From the NCBI GenBank assembly GCA_035759315.1, contig DASTVB010000074.1, positions 2,195-66,194 of the forward strand: a DNA stretch of 64,000 bases, written 5' to 3'. The stretch comes from Telluria sp. Its GTDB lineage: Bacteria > Pseudomonadota > Gammaproteobacteria > Burkholderiales > Burkholderiaceae_D. Numbering within the stretch: position 1 is the first letter of the stretch; each line of letters starts with the position of its first letter. Positions 1 through 8,509 of the stretch are shown here, one piece after another. Both the position numbers and the translations under genes were made by a program. The notes beneath the pieces are model-generated. The model ran no database searches. It worked only from the letters and a program-made list of their open reading frames with translations, and was not told where the DNA came from.

Positions 1-92
1 TCGGCCAAGTAGGACTCCACCACCAGCTGGGCCATGGCCGGGACCGGCGCGGCACAGCACAGGGCTGTTAGCAAGCAAAGAAGTTGTTGCAT
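1..92 (-). CDS. N-terminal ~30 codons of an exported protein (gene continues past left edge)
   Basis: Reverse-strand ATG at 92 reads MQQLLCLLTALCCAAPVPAMAQLVVESYLA. This has a hydrophobic core plus an AxA-like site, typical of a signal peptide. Only a fragment is visible. Confidence 0.35.
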   Translation of the reverse strand, partial: MQQLLCLLTALCCAAPVPAMAQLVVESYLA

Positions 93-297
93 CGACCATC
101 CAAAAAATTTCCATAATTCTATATTATTGTCATTTCAAAAAAAGAATAATGGGTTGCCCATCGTTGCAGCCCATAGACCAACTCATCCGAAACGGCGGGC
201 ATCGTGGGTATTTTTCTTGGGATAATGGTCATCGTGGTGGTCGCACATTGATCGGTGAAGTGCTGATGCGCAGCACCACGGCCAGAAAAGGGACGAG

Positions 298-941
298 ATG
301 ATGGCCACCATGGGCAGGCTGCCCGATTTTTCGCCGTCCCAGACACTTGCCAGCCCCGACGGCTCGGCATGCATCGGCATCGACACGGCCCGCAATAAAC
401 TGTGCCTGATGACGCACGCAACCATCGGGCGCGCACGGGTGATTGCCCACCGCGACATCCTGTCGGTCGAGGTGTTCGAAGACGGGGCGTCGGTGACGAA
501 GACCTCGCGCTCTTCCCAACTGGGCGGGGCCCTGGTCGGTGGCCTGGTGCTGGGCGGTGTGGGCGCGATCATCGGGGGCTGTCGGGCAAGTCGTCGACCC
601 ATGCCAAGGTCAAGCGGGTCGAGCTGCGCATCGTGGTAGACGATTCGACCACCCCGCTGTTCGACCTGGTGCTGTGGACATGGCGCAGGAAATCGACCGC
701 ACCAACGGCATCTATATCGCCGCCATGCAGCAAGCACGGCACTGGTGCGGGCTGCTCGAGGTGCTGATCAAGCGCGCCGATTCCGACTTGCGCGCCGCGT
801 GCATGGCGCCAATCGGGCAGGAACGGTCCAACCCAAGCGTGGCCGACGAACTGGTCAAGCTGGTGGAGTCGCGACCGCGGCATCCTGACCGCCACGGAAT
901 TTGCCCACCAGAAGGCCAGGCTGCTGGCCCAGGAAGCTTGA
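298..941 (+). pseudogene. Frameshifted SHOCT-domain protein gene
   Basis: A continuous protein is obtained only by switching frames. Frame 1 runs from 298 (..GGVGAIIGG). Frame 3 follows (LSGKSSTHAKVKRVELRIVVDDSTTPLFDLVL), then frame 2 (DMAQEIDRTNGIYIAAMQQARHWCGLLEVLIKRAD..VADELVKLVE). Frame 3 resumes from 867 (SRDRGILTATEFAHQKARLLAQEA*), a SHOCT-type C-terminal motif. The first switch coincides with a G5 run at 574-578. A GGGAC-type SD precedes ATG 298. Confidence 0.55.
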
Positions 942-1277
942 CCGCGCTCAAGCAAGCCGGTTCTTGTTCCTACCCTTACAGCATGAAAGCCTCACCGTGA
1001 ATTCCAGGTTTTTTCGTTCTATATCGTCCCAGACATGCCCTCGAGTAGCAAATTTGAGAGCACCCTTTTGGGGACGCGCCTCCAGCAAATATGTTGAGCT
1101 CCCAAATTGCCAAAGCAAATTCCACCACTGATTAGCAGCACTATGCCTCTGGGATGCGACCCGTATGACCAAAGCGGGTTCAGGCATTTGATCTCGGCAG
1201 GTAACAGTGATGGGCTAACTCGTTTCCAAAGGGGCTGGTACTATGCCTACAGTCAACTGAACAATTGGTAGGGATCG

Positions 1278-2312
1278 ATGAGCAAAACTTGGATGATTCG
1301 AGGCGAAGGTGGTCGCTTGTTTGACACGTTTCGTGAGCAGTCAATTGCGGCCATCGGGTGGGAAGAGATTGCTAATGAAGTAAAGCTCGGCATGAGCAAG
1401 AAAGACATCACCGAGCTCTACTTACAGAAGGATCCCAAATTGAAGCGTGGCAGCGCCATCGCTGGGGCAGCACAGGTGTGGCGCTTTCTAAACGAAATTC
1501 AAGTTGGCGACAAGGTGGTCACCTACTCTCCTGGTAACCGCACCTATCTTCTCGGGACCATAACAGGTCACGCTGCATACCGCGCCGACACCGCGTCCCA
1601 GGGTATTGCGCTTGTGCGTCCTACTGAGTGGATTCCCCAAGAAATTGACCGCGACCGGCTAACTAAGCGGGCCAAAAATTCGTTGGGCTCGACCTTAACT
1701 GTATTCGTCGTACCAGATGCTATCGCCGGAGAATTGCTCGACGTCATTCAGGGTAAAGCGCCTGCAGTGTCTGCTCACGATCATCTCGATACTTCAGATA
1801 ACGAGGACGCCGAAGCGGCGGCGCTGCTCCCGGCTTCCCGCGACCCGCTCGAGGATATCGTATCTGTCGCCCTAGAACGCATAAAAGACGTTGTTGCTGG
1901 GCTCGACTGGGACGAAATGCAGGAGCTCGTCGCCGGCATTTTACGCGCTATGGGATACAAAACACAGGTCTCGCCTCCGGGGCCAGACCGCGGCAAAGAT
2001 ATTGTTGCGTCTCCTGACGGCTTCGGCTTCGAACATCCTCGCATCGTGGTGGAAGTAAAACATCGAGGAGGGCAAATGGACAGCAAGGCTATTCGAAGCT
2101 TCCTCGGGGGGCGACATAAGGATGACCGCGGTTTGTTCGTTAGCACCGGCGGGTTCAGTAAGGATGCTTACTATGAGGCTGACCGTGCCGCCGTGCCCCT
2201 TACCCTTTGGACGATGGATACGCTTGTGCGAGCACTTGTTGAACATTACAACAACACGGACGCTGAGACGAAGCGGTTGGTACCGCTCAAGCGGTTGTAT
2301 GTGCCTGCCTGA
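1278..2312 (+). CDS. Mrr-family (PD-(D/E)xK) restriction endonuclease-like protein with an unassigned ~170-aa N-terminal domain
   Basis: The C-terminal third (LVAGILRAMGYKTQV..GKDIVASPDG..RIVVEVKHR..FLGGRHKDDRGLFVSTGGFS) matches the Mrr catalytic-domain pattern (D...EVK core). The N-terminus has a PUA/EVE-like pattern (IGW..., VGDKVVTYSPGNRTYLLGTITG). The gene lies in a visibly lower-G+C stretch (~960-2550). Confidence 0.8.
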   Translation: MSKTWMIRGEGGRLFDTFREQSIAAIGWEEIANEVKLGMSKKDITELYLQKDPKLKRGSAIAGAAQVWRFLNEIQVGDKVVTYSPGNRTYLLGTITGHAAYRADTASQGIALVRPTEWIPQEIDRDRLTKRAKNSLGSTLTVFVVPDAIAGELLDVIQGKAPAVSAHDHLDTSDNEDAEAAALLPASRDPLEDIVSVALERIKDVVAGLDWDEMQELVAGILRAMGYKTQVSPPGPDRGKDIVASPDGFGFEHPRIVVEVKHRGGQMDSKAIRSFLGGRHKDDRGLFVSTGGFSKDAYYEADRAAVPLTLWTMDTLVRALVEHYNNTDAETKRLVPLKRLYVPA

Positions 2313-2551
2313 TGTTCTTCGGCGACTTAGCGTCCCAGATGGATCGCATGATGTACTCGCTCATGATCTGGTTCTGGTGATAAACGGGCCCTGGCTTGCA
2401 CAACGTCATGATCGAATCCGTGTTTTCTCGTCAAGGTAATGCTTGGCGGAGGGGGATTTTTTTGCGATGGCTGGGATAAGCGTAATCAAATAGAACTGTG
2501 TTACCAGCATAATGCTCGTACACAACGGAGTCGTCGAAACGGAGACAAAGC

Positions 2552-3202
2552 ATGACCCGAGTTCGCGTTGAAAGCTTCACCATCTCGCTCGACGGATATG
2601 GAGCAGGTCCGAATCAGGACATCAAAAATCCGCTAGGCGTCGGCGGGGAGGATCTGCACCAGTGGCTGCTCCCCACACGCACCTTTCAGCGGGCCCTGTT
2701 CGGGCGGGACGGCGGTACGACCGGGGTTGACGATGAATTCGCAGCCCGCGGATTTCAAAACGTCGGGGCATGGATCCTGGGTCGGAACATGTTTTCGCCT
2801 GATCGTGGGGACTGGTCTGACCCAAACTGGAAAGGCTGGTGGGGCGACAATCCACCGTACCACGTGCCCGTCTTCGTCTTGACCCATTACGCGCGTGCGC
2901 CCATCGTGATGGAAGGCGGCACGACATTCCACTTCGTTACAGGAGGCATTCGCGAGGCGCTCGACCGTGCACGCGAGGCTGCTGCCGGAAAAGATGTGCG
3001 GATCGGAGGCGGGGCGAACACAATCCGGCAATATCTGAGCGAGAGCCTGATCGATGAACTGCACGTTGCAATCTCGCCGGTGCTACTCGGACGGGGCGAG
3101 CCGCTCTTCGAAGGGCTCGACCTGCCTGCTCTTGGGTACAAGTGCATGGAATTCGTCGCGTCGGAAAAGGCCACGCACGTCGTCCTGAGGCAAGCAGCTT
3201 GA
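2552..3202 (+). CDS. Dihydrofolate reductase-family protein (RibD C-terminal domain type)
   Basis: Full-length family pattern: FTISLDGYGAGP..., GRNMF..., VFVLTH..., DVRIGGGANTIRQYL...LIDELHVAISPVLLGRGEPLF. Confidence 0.85.
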   Translation: MTRVRVESFTISLDGYGAGPNQDIKNPLGVGGEDLHQWLLPTRTFQRALFGRDGGTTGVDDEFAARGFQNVGAWILGRNMFSPDRGDWSDPNWKGWWGDNPPYHVPVFVLTHYARAPIVMEGGTTFHFVTGGIREALDRAREAAAGKDVRIGGGANTIRQYLSESLIDELHVAISPVLLGRGEPLFEGLDLPALGYKCMEFVASEKATHVVLRQAA

Positions 3203-3288
3203 TCGTGTGAGATGCCCACGTAGCGAAGGGGGCTCGATGATTTTGTTCGGCGAGCTACCCAAGCGAGACCAGGCACCAGGTGGAGAAC

Positions 3289-3329
3289 CCTGACTGCGCG
3301 TACGGCATCGCGCGGTCAGGTTTTTTTTT
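3289..3329 (+). terminator. Rho-independent terminator after the DHFR-family gene
   Basis: 12-bp stem CCTGACTGCGCG / CGCGCGGTCAGG (one G-U pair), 8-nt loop, then T9 (3321-3329). Confidence 0.8.
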
Positions 3330-3340
3330 GAACGAAGCGG

Positions 3341-4291
3341 TCAGAAGAACGGGTAAACCACCGACGCGCGCAGGTACTTGTACTGGTAGTCGCCATGAAC
3401 ACTTGGCTGGCTTGCGCCAACGTCAGCGCTGGTCTGCAGGCCGATCGCGACATCGTAATGCCATGGCTTGTCCGGGAAGGATTCCAGGCGCACTTGCCAG
3501 CCGCGCGCCGGGGAACTCACGCCGTTGGCCTTCTGGCGGCCGGCCTCGAAGTAAGCCGAGACCATGCCGCGCAGTTCGCCCACGCGGCGGCGGATCCGGA
3601 TGCCTCCAAGATAGTCTTCGTACGAGTCGGGGGAAAAGTACAGCAGGCCGCCCGGCTGCGAATCCGAATAGTGGCGCGCTTTGGCGTACACGCTCAAGCC
3701 CATGTCTTCGACCACCACGTAATTCGCCTTCAAGCGGAACAGGTCACGCTGGTTGTTGTCGGAGAAGTCGAGTCGGCCGGCGACGCCAGCCAGTACGAAA
3801 CGGGGTGTGATTTCCTTGTCCGCAGCCAGCGTATATGCGGAGTAGGTGATGCCTTGCTTCAGGCTTGGCGCCGACTCGACCAGGTCTTTTTCGAAGCGCG
3901 CTTCGAGGTTGACTGCGCCCGGCATCTGGCCGGCCAATTGAAACGCGCCCAGCGTGCGGCGACCGAAGGAGTCGACGCGCGCACGAGTAATTTCGCCGTC
4001 GGCCCTGATCGCGCCGAAGACCTTCGACGCAATGAGGCTGTCGGCGCTGCCTTCGGTTGCAAATCCCGGGCCTTCGTAGTTGAGCTGCCGGTGGCGGTAC
4101 GCGATCTTGTCGATGAAGTTATCGGCAGCGCTGGTGTAGAAGCCGGCGCCGGCGGCGACCGTGCGCGCGGTGAAATCGGCCGAGTCCGTGCTGCGCGAAT
4201 ATTCCCCGAGTGCGAAAACCGGTACGTCAGCCTTGGCACCATTGGCGATCGAAGCCGCCAGCGTCAGTATGGCGATGGCGATCGGTTTCAT
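3341..4291 (-). CDS. Outer-membrane beta-barrel protein (possibly YaiO-like), translationally coupled to the GT2 synthase
   Basis: Signal peptide MKPIAIAILTLAASIANGAKA. The sequence has alternating amphipathic strands and a terminal aromatic signature ...ASVVYPFF. Its ATG overlaps the GT2 stop (ATGA at 4288-4291). The family name is a guess. Confidence 0.7.
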   Translation of the reverse strand: MKPIAIAILTLAASIANGAKADVPVFALGEYSRSTDSADFTARTVAAGAGFYTSAADNFIDKIAYRHRQLNYEGPGFATEGSADSLIASKVFGAIRADGEITRARVDSFGRRTLGAFQLAGQMPGAVNLEARFEKDLVESAPSLKQGITYSAYTLAADKEITPRFVLAGVAGRLDFSDNNQRDLFRLKANYVVVEDMGLSVYAKARHYSDSQPGGLLYFSPDSYEDYLGGIRIRRRVGELRGMVSAYFEAGRQKANGVSSPARGWQVRLESFPDKPWHYDVAIGLQTSADVGASQPSVHGDYQYKYLRASVVYPFF

Positions 4292-5724
4292 TTGGTTCCC
4301 CAGTTCTTACGCATTTTGAAAATCTCTTTGAAGTAGCCGACTACGCAGGCCGGTTGAAGGACTGCACCATAAAACAGGATGTAGGCGAGGAAGCCCGTCA
4401 GGTTCTTGCGAACCTTCAGGCCCTGGGTCGCGAACATCGAGGATTGGATGGCGAACATCTGGTAGTTGACCAGCATCGCCAGCGGCAGCACCAGCAGCGT
4501 CATCGGACCGGCAAGCCAGTAGTAGCCAGCCAGTGCGAGCACGATTCCCGGCACGAATGTCAGCGTGTACACCACGTCCATATAGGGCGTGAACAGGTTG
4601 TACCAGACGAAGAAGGTCGACATGCGTTTCTTGAACAGAAGGCGCCAGTGGGACTTCATGGCCTCGATCAGGCCGCGCGACCAGCGCTGGCGTTGGCGGA
4701 TGAACTGGCCGAGCGTGTCGGGTGCATTCGTGAACGAGCACGCGTCCTCGCAGTAGCCGACCTGATAGCCGCGCTCGAGGATGCTCCAGGTGACGACGAT
4801 GTCTTCACCGATGGACTCGGGCCAGCCGCCGACGTCACGCAGCACCGAGGTGCGATATAGCGAGAAGGCGCCTTGCGCCACCAGCGTGCCCATGTACATG
4901 CTCTGGATCCGCTTGACCGCGGCGATCCCGTGGAAGTAGTCCCATTCCTGGACCTTGGTGACGAGGTTGTCGCGCGAGTTCCGCACCATGACTGCACCGG
5001 CGACCGCCGCCGTGTCGGGGCTGGATTCGACGTAGCGGCTCACCAAGTTGCGCAACGCATCCTTGTAAAGGTAGGAGTCGCCGTCGATGGTGATGGTGAG
5101 TTGGTGCCGAGCCAGCTTCAGGCCTTCGTTCAGCGCTCGCGCCTTACCGCCATTCTTCTTGAGATCGAGCACCCGCAGCCACGGGTAGTAAACGCTTTGC
5201 AGGACATCCATGGTGGAGTCCTTCGAGCCGTCGTTGATCGCGATGACGTCCAGCGGTCCGGGGTAATCCTGGGCAGCGATGCTCGAAAGGGTAGACAGGA
5301 TCGAGTCTTCCTCGTTGTAGGCGGCGATCAGGATCGTCACGCCCGGCAGGCTGTCGTGGTGGCGCCGGCGAGGACGCTTGTCCATTAACAGGCTGGAGAC
5401 CAGGAAAGCGTTCACTACGCCGGGCACTACAACCACGGCGAAGATCAGTGCGAATGTGAGCGGTTTGCCGATCAGCTGGTTAAGGTCGGCCAGCCATTGG
5501 CGCGCGATCCAGAGGGACAGCGCCGTCCAGCCCAATGCACACGCCAGCGCGATGACATATTTGACGCGCAGGGGCAGGCCAGCGGCCTGGTGTTCTGGCT
5601 CGGGTGGGGCCTCACGGGTGGTGGACGGCGGCGGGACTGGATACGGTCGGAAGGGCGCCTGGGAAGATCGGTCGAGTATGGTTTGTAGTTTTGCAGACAT
5701 AACGGACAGCCAATTGTTGAGCAC
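4288..5724 (-). CDS. Processive family-2 glycosyltransferase (PgaC/cellulose-synthase-like polysaccharide synthase)
   Basis: Two N-terminal and several C-terminal TM segments flank a GT2 core: VTILIAAYNEE, INDGSKDST, TIDGDS, GEDIVVTW and the QxxRW motif (QRQRWSRG). The start could alternatively be the internal MSAKLQ. Confidence 0.9.
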   Translation of the reverse strand: MLNNWLSVMSAKLQTILDRSSQAPFRPYPVPPPSTTREAPPEPEHQAAGLPLRVKYVIALACALGWTALSLWIARQWLADLNQLIGKPLTFALIFAVVVVPGVVNAFLVSSLLMDKRPRRRHHDSLPGVTILIAAYNEEDSILSTLSSIAAQDYPGPLDVIAINDGSKDSTMDVLQSVYYPWLRVLDLKKNGGKARALNEGLKLARHQLTITIDGDSYLYKDALRNLVSRYVESSPDTAAVAGAVMVRNSRDNLVTKVQEWDYFHGIAAVKRIQSMYMGTLVAQGAFSLYRTSVLRDVGGWPESIGEDIVVTWSILERGYQVGYCEDACSFTNAPDTLGQFIRQRQRWSRGLIEAMKSHWRLLFKKRMSTFFVWYNLFTPYMDVVYTLTFVPGIVLALAGYYWLAGPMTLLVLPLAMLVNYQMFAIQSSMFATQGLKVRKNLTGFLAYILFYGAVLQPACVVGYFKEIFKMRKNWGTK

Positions 5725-5859
5725 CCGCTACGGTATCATGACAATTGTGCATACAAGCCCGAATATTACTTATACGTAATTCAGTTTTGTAAGGGAATAT
5801 TACAGGCCTTGCCAGAAATGAAAGTAGCCCCGAAATTTCCGCGCCGCGGGGCATCAGCT

Positions 5860-8340
5860 TCACCGTCCTTTCACAAGAACGCGGCCAAACAAGGGTGGAA
5901 CGGTGATGGTAATGCTCCGCCCTGACGCATTGAACCCGGTCCGATCCAGTACGTCCACATAGATGCCAGAGGGAAATCCGTCGGGCAGCGCAACGGTGAC
6001 CGTCTTCGCAACAGTCGCGTTGTTCATGGCCACCAGCGCCTGCTTGTCGCCATCGGTGCGTGCGACCACGATCAGATGCTCATCGAGATGAAGCGGCGCG
6101 CCCAGCGTGCCATGCCGCAGCACAGGGTTATTCTTCCGCATGGCGGTCAGCGCCTTGAATCGCTTCAGGAAGGCCAGGTCAGGCTTCCCGCCAACGTCCT
6201 GCCATGGATATGCCGCGCGGTTGAGTGGATCATCGCCGCCGGTCATGCCAACCTCGTCGCCGTAGTAGATGGCGGGAGCTCCTGGGAAGCTCATCTGGAA
6301 GAACATGGCCAGCAGCATGCGCTGCTTTGCCTGCGCGATGACAGCAGGGCTGTCCTCCGGTCCGTGATAGCCGAGATAATGCAGCGACCGCGCCGCGTCG
6401 TGCGTCGACAGCAGGTTCATCAGCGCGTAGAAGGACTGCGCCGGATAGGCTTCGCGCATTTGCTCGATGTTGTGGTACACGGCGGTCGCCGGCAGGCCCG
6501 CAGCGTAGTCGAGGACCGTGTTGCGGAAGATGTAGTTCATGGTCGAGTCGAACGTGTCGCCCAAAAAGTACTTGGACGCGTCGAACCACGTTTCAGCGAT
6601 CGTCAACGCATCGGGACGGTGCTGTTTGACGGCGGTTCGCCAGCCGCGCCAGAAGTCGTCCGGCACCCATGGCGCGACGTCCATGCGCCAGCCGGCGGCG
6701 CCCCGGTCCAGCCAGGTTTTCATCACCGAATCCGGCGCTCCGTAGAAGAAGCTGCGCAAGCCGGGGGAGGATTTGTTGAGCTGGGGAAGGTCGCGCACGC
6801 CAGTCCACCCCTTGTACTGCTTGTCGGGATCGCTCTGGGAAGCGTCGAAGCTGTACCAGTCCGCGTAGGGCGAGGCGGGATCTATCCTGCCGTTCCGGAA
6901 CGCGCCGCGGGATTCGTATTTGCCGAAGCGGTCGAAGTACAGCGAATCGCTGCCCGTGTGGTTCAGCGAAGCATCCGGGATGACGCGAATGCCGCGTTTG
7001 GCCGCAGCGGCCGTCAGGCGGCTGAAGTCCTCGTCGCGACCGAAGGCAGGATCGATATGGCGATAATCTGCGGTGTCGTATTTATGATTGCTGGCCGCGC
7101 GGAACATCGGAGTGATATACAGGGTGTTGGCCCCAAGTCCCGCGATGTAGTCGAGCTTTTCGATGATGCCGGCGATGTCTCCGCCGAAGAAATCATTGTT
7201 GGGATAGGCGTCGGAGCCGTCGCCGGAACCTGGCCGATAAGGTTGGTCCAGCCAGTTGGCATGGAATTCGATCGGCTTGTCCTGGTACCGGTCGCGTCCC
7301 GGTTTCGGGTCATTGGCGCGGTCGCCATTGCGGAAACGCTCGGGGAAGATGTAGTAATAGACCGCGTCCCTGGCCCAGGCCGGGACCTGGTAGTCCGGGG
7401 CGAATACGGTCTGGCGGAAGCGGCGGATGTTGCCGGCCTTGGCGGGCATGTGTGCTGCGACCCCCTTGCCGCCGGAGCCGCGTTCGCTCGTCCAATAGAT
7501 GTAGTCGTCGTTGTTCTGGTAGACATAGCGGCGGCCGCCAATCTCGACCTCGAAGTAATAGCCGTAGACGCTGGCGTCCCTGAACCGGTAAGCGCCACTC
7601 CAGCGTTCACGTTCGCCGGCTGCGGACTTCCACAGCGGAATGCGCGCCAGCGGTGCGTATTCCAGCACCTCTTCATTGCCTTCCAGCTTGCGGCGCTCGA
7701 TGACCAGGGTGGCATTGCTCACTCCCGGCAGGGCGCTCAGGCCGAAGCTGACTTCGGTTCCAGCTGAAACTGCACCAAACGGAGACTTGGCCGCGAGGGC
7801 GCGGGAATCAAATGCCACGCTCAGCGCAACAGGGTCGGTGACGATATCGCCGGGCTTGTCCGCGAAGGTCTTAGGGCCGATAACGACCTGGGCGACTTTG
7901 CCGGACGAATCAGGTACCAGTTTGATCGTGTGGGGCCCGGAAAAGACAAAGGCCAGATTGTTGGCGCCGCCCTTGGCCGTGCCGTCCACGACTGAAAATG
8001 GCGTGGACCGCGACAGTAAATTCGTTTTCTCGCTAACCGCACTGCCGTACGTGTGTGGCGGACTCCACTGGCGGTCGCTGATCTTGAATTCGGCACGTCC
8101 GGTCAGGCCGACATTCAGGTAATACGCGTCGCAGGAATATTGGAATGCGTAGGCATCGCGGGCGGTCCATCCATTCATGCCGCCGACCATGTAAAGGGTG
8201 GGAGCGTCCTCAGCCTGTGGGCGACATGCCGCATCCGCGGACGGATCGCCGGCAGCCGCTGCACCAGTCGAGAGTAGAAAGCCGCTCAAGGCGAGGAGGT
8301 ATGTACGTACCAATACTACGGCTGACTGGGCGGAGCTCAT
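5860..8340 (-). CDS. Secreted GH13 (alpha-amylase family) glycoside hydrolase with N-terminal carbohydrate-binding-like region
   Basis: Signal peptide present. The four GH13 regions are present: VIPDASLNHTG, GWRMDVAPW, IAETW, LLSTHDAARS. Also FPERFRNGD and GANTLYITPMF. Confidence 0.9.
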   Translation of the reverse strand: MSSAQSAVVLVRTYLLALSGFLLSTGAAAAGDPSADAACRPQAEDAPTLYMVGGMNGWTARDAYAFQYSCDAYYLNVGLTGRAEFKISDRQWSPPHTYGSAVSEKTNLLSRSTPFSVVDGTAKGGANNLAFVFSGPHTIKLVPDSSGKVAQVVIGPKTFADKPGDIVTDPVALSVAFDSRALAAKSPFGAVSAGTEVSFGLSALPGVSNATLVIERRKLEGNEEVLEYAPLARIPLWKSAAGERERWSGAYRFRDASVYGYYFEVEIGGRRYVYQNNDDYIYWTSERGSGGKGVAAHMPAKAGNIRRFRQTVFAPDYQVPAWARDAVYYYIFPERFRNGDRANDPKPGRDRYQDKPIEFHANWLDQPYRPGSGDGSDAYPNNDFFGGDIAGIIEKLDYIAGLGANTLYITPMFRAASNHKYDTADYRHIDPAFGRDEDFSRLTAAAAKRGIRVIPDASLNHTGSDSLYFDRFGKYESRGAFRNGRIDPASPYADWYSFDASQSDPDKQYKGWTGVRDLPQLNKSSPGLRSFFYGAPDSVMKTWLDRGAAGWRMDVAPWVPDDFWRGWRTAVKQHRPDALTIAETWFDASKYFLGDTFDSTMNYIFRNTVLDYAAGLPATAVYHNIEQMREAYPAQSFYALMNLLSTHDAARSLHYLGYHGPEDSPAVIAQAKQRMLLAMFFQMSFPGAPAIYYGDEVGMTGGDDPLNRAAYPWQDVGGKPDLAFLKRFKALTAMRKNNPVLRHGTLGAPLHLDEHLIVVARTDGDKQALVAMNNATVAKTVTVALPDGFPSGIYVDVLDRTGFNASGRSITITVPPLFGRVLVKGR

Positions 8341-8509
8341 TGGAGGGCTTTCTAGAAGGGCTTGGCACTAATGTAGTTCAACTACAGGCGAGTCGCAACA
8401 AGTTTAGTCCACACACGGCGCACGCTTCGGCTCGCGCAGCAATCGTAATCCGAAAGCCGTCACTCTGGAGCGCTGGGCAAACCGCTGCAGGGCTGGTGGA
8501 TAATGGGGC

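Noticed and set aside
2313-2551. Small minus-strand ORF (~40 codons, MTLCKPGPVYHQNQIMSEYIMRSIWDAKSPKNIR..) overlapping the 3' end of the Mrr-like gene, considered as a possible antitoxin or immunity partner.
   Set aside because: It has no SD and no recognisable motif, and it overlaps the nuclease gene. Evidence is insufficient.
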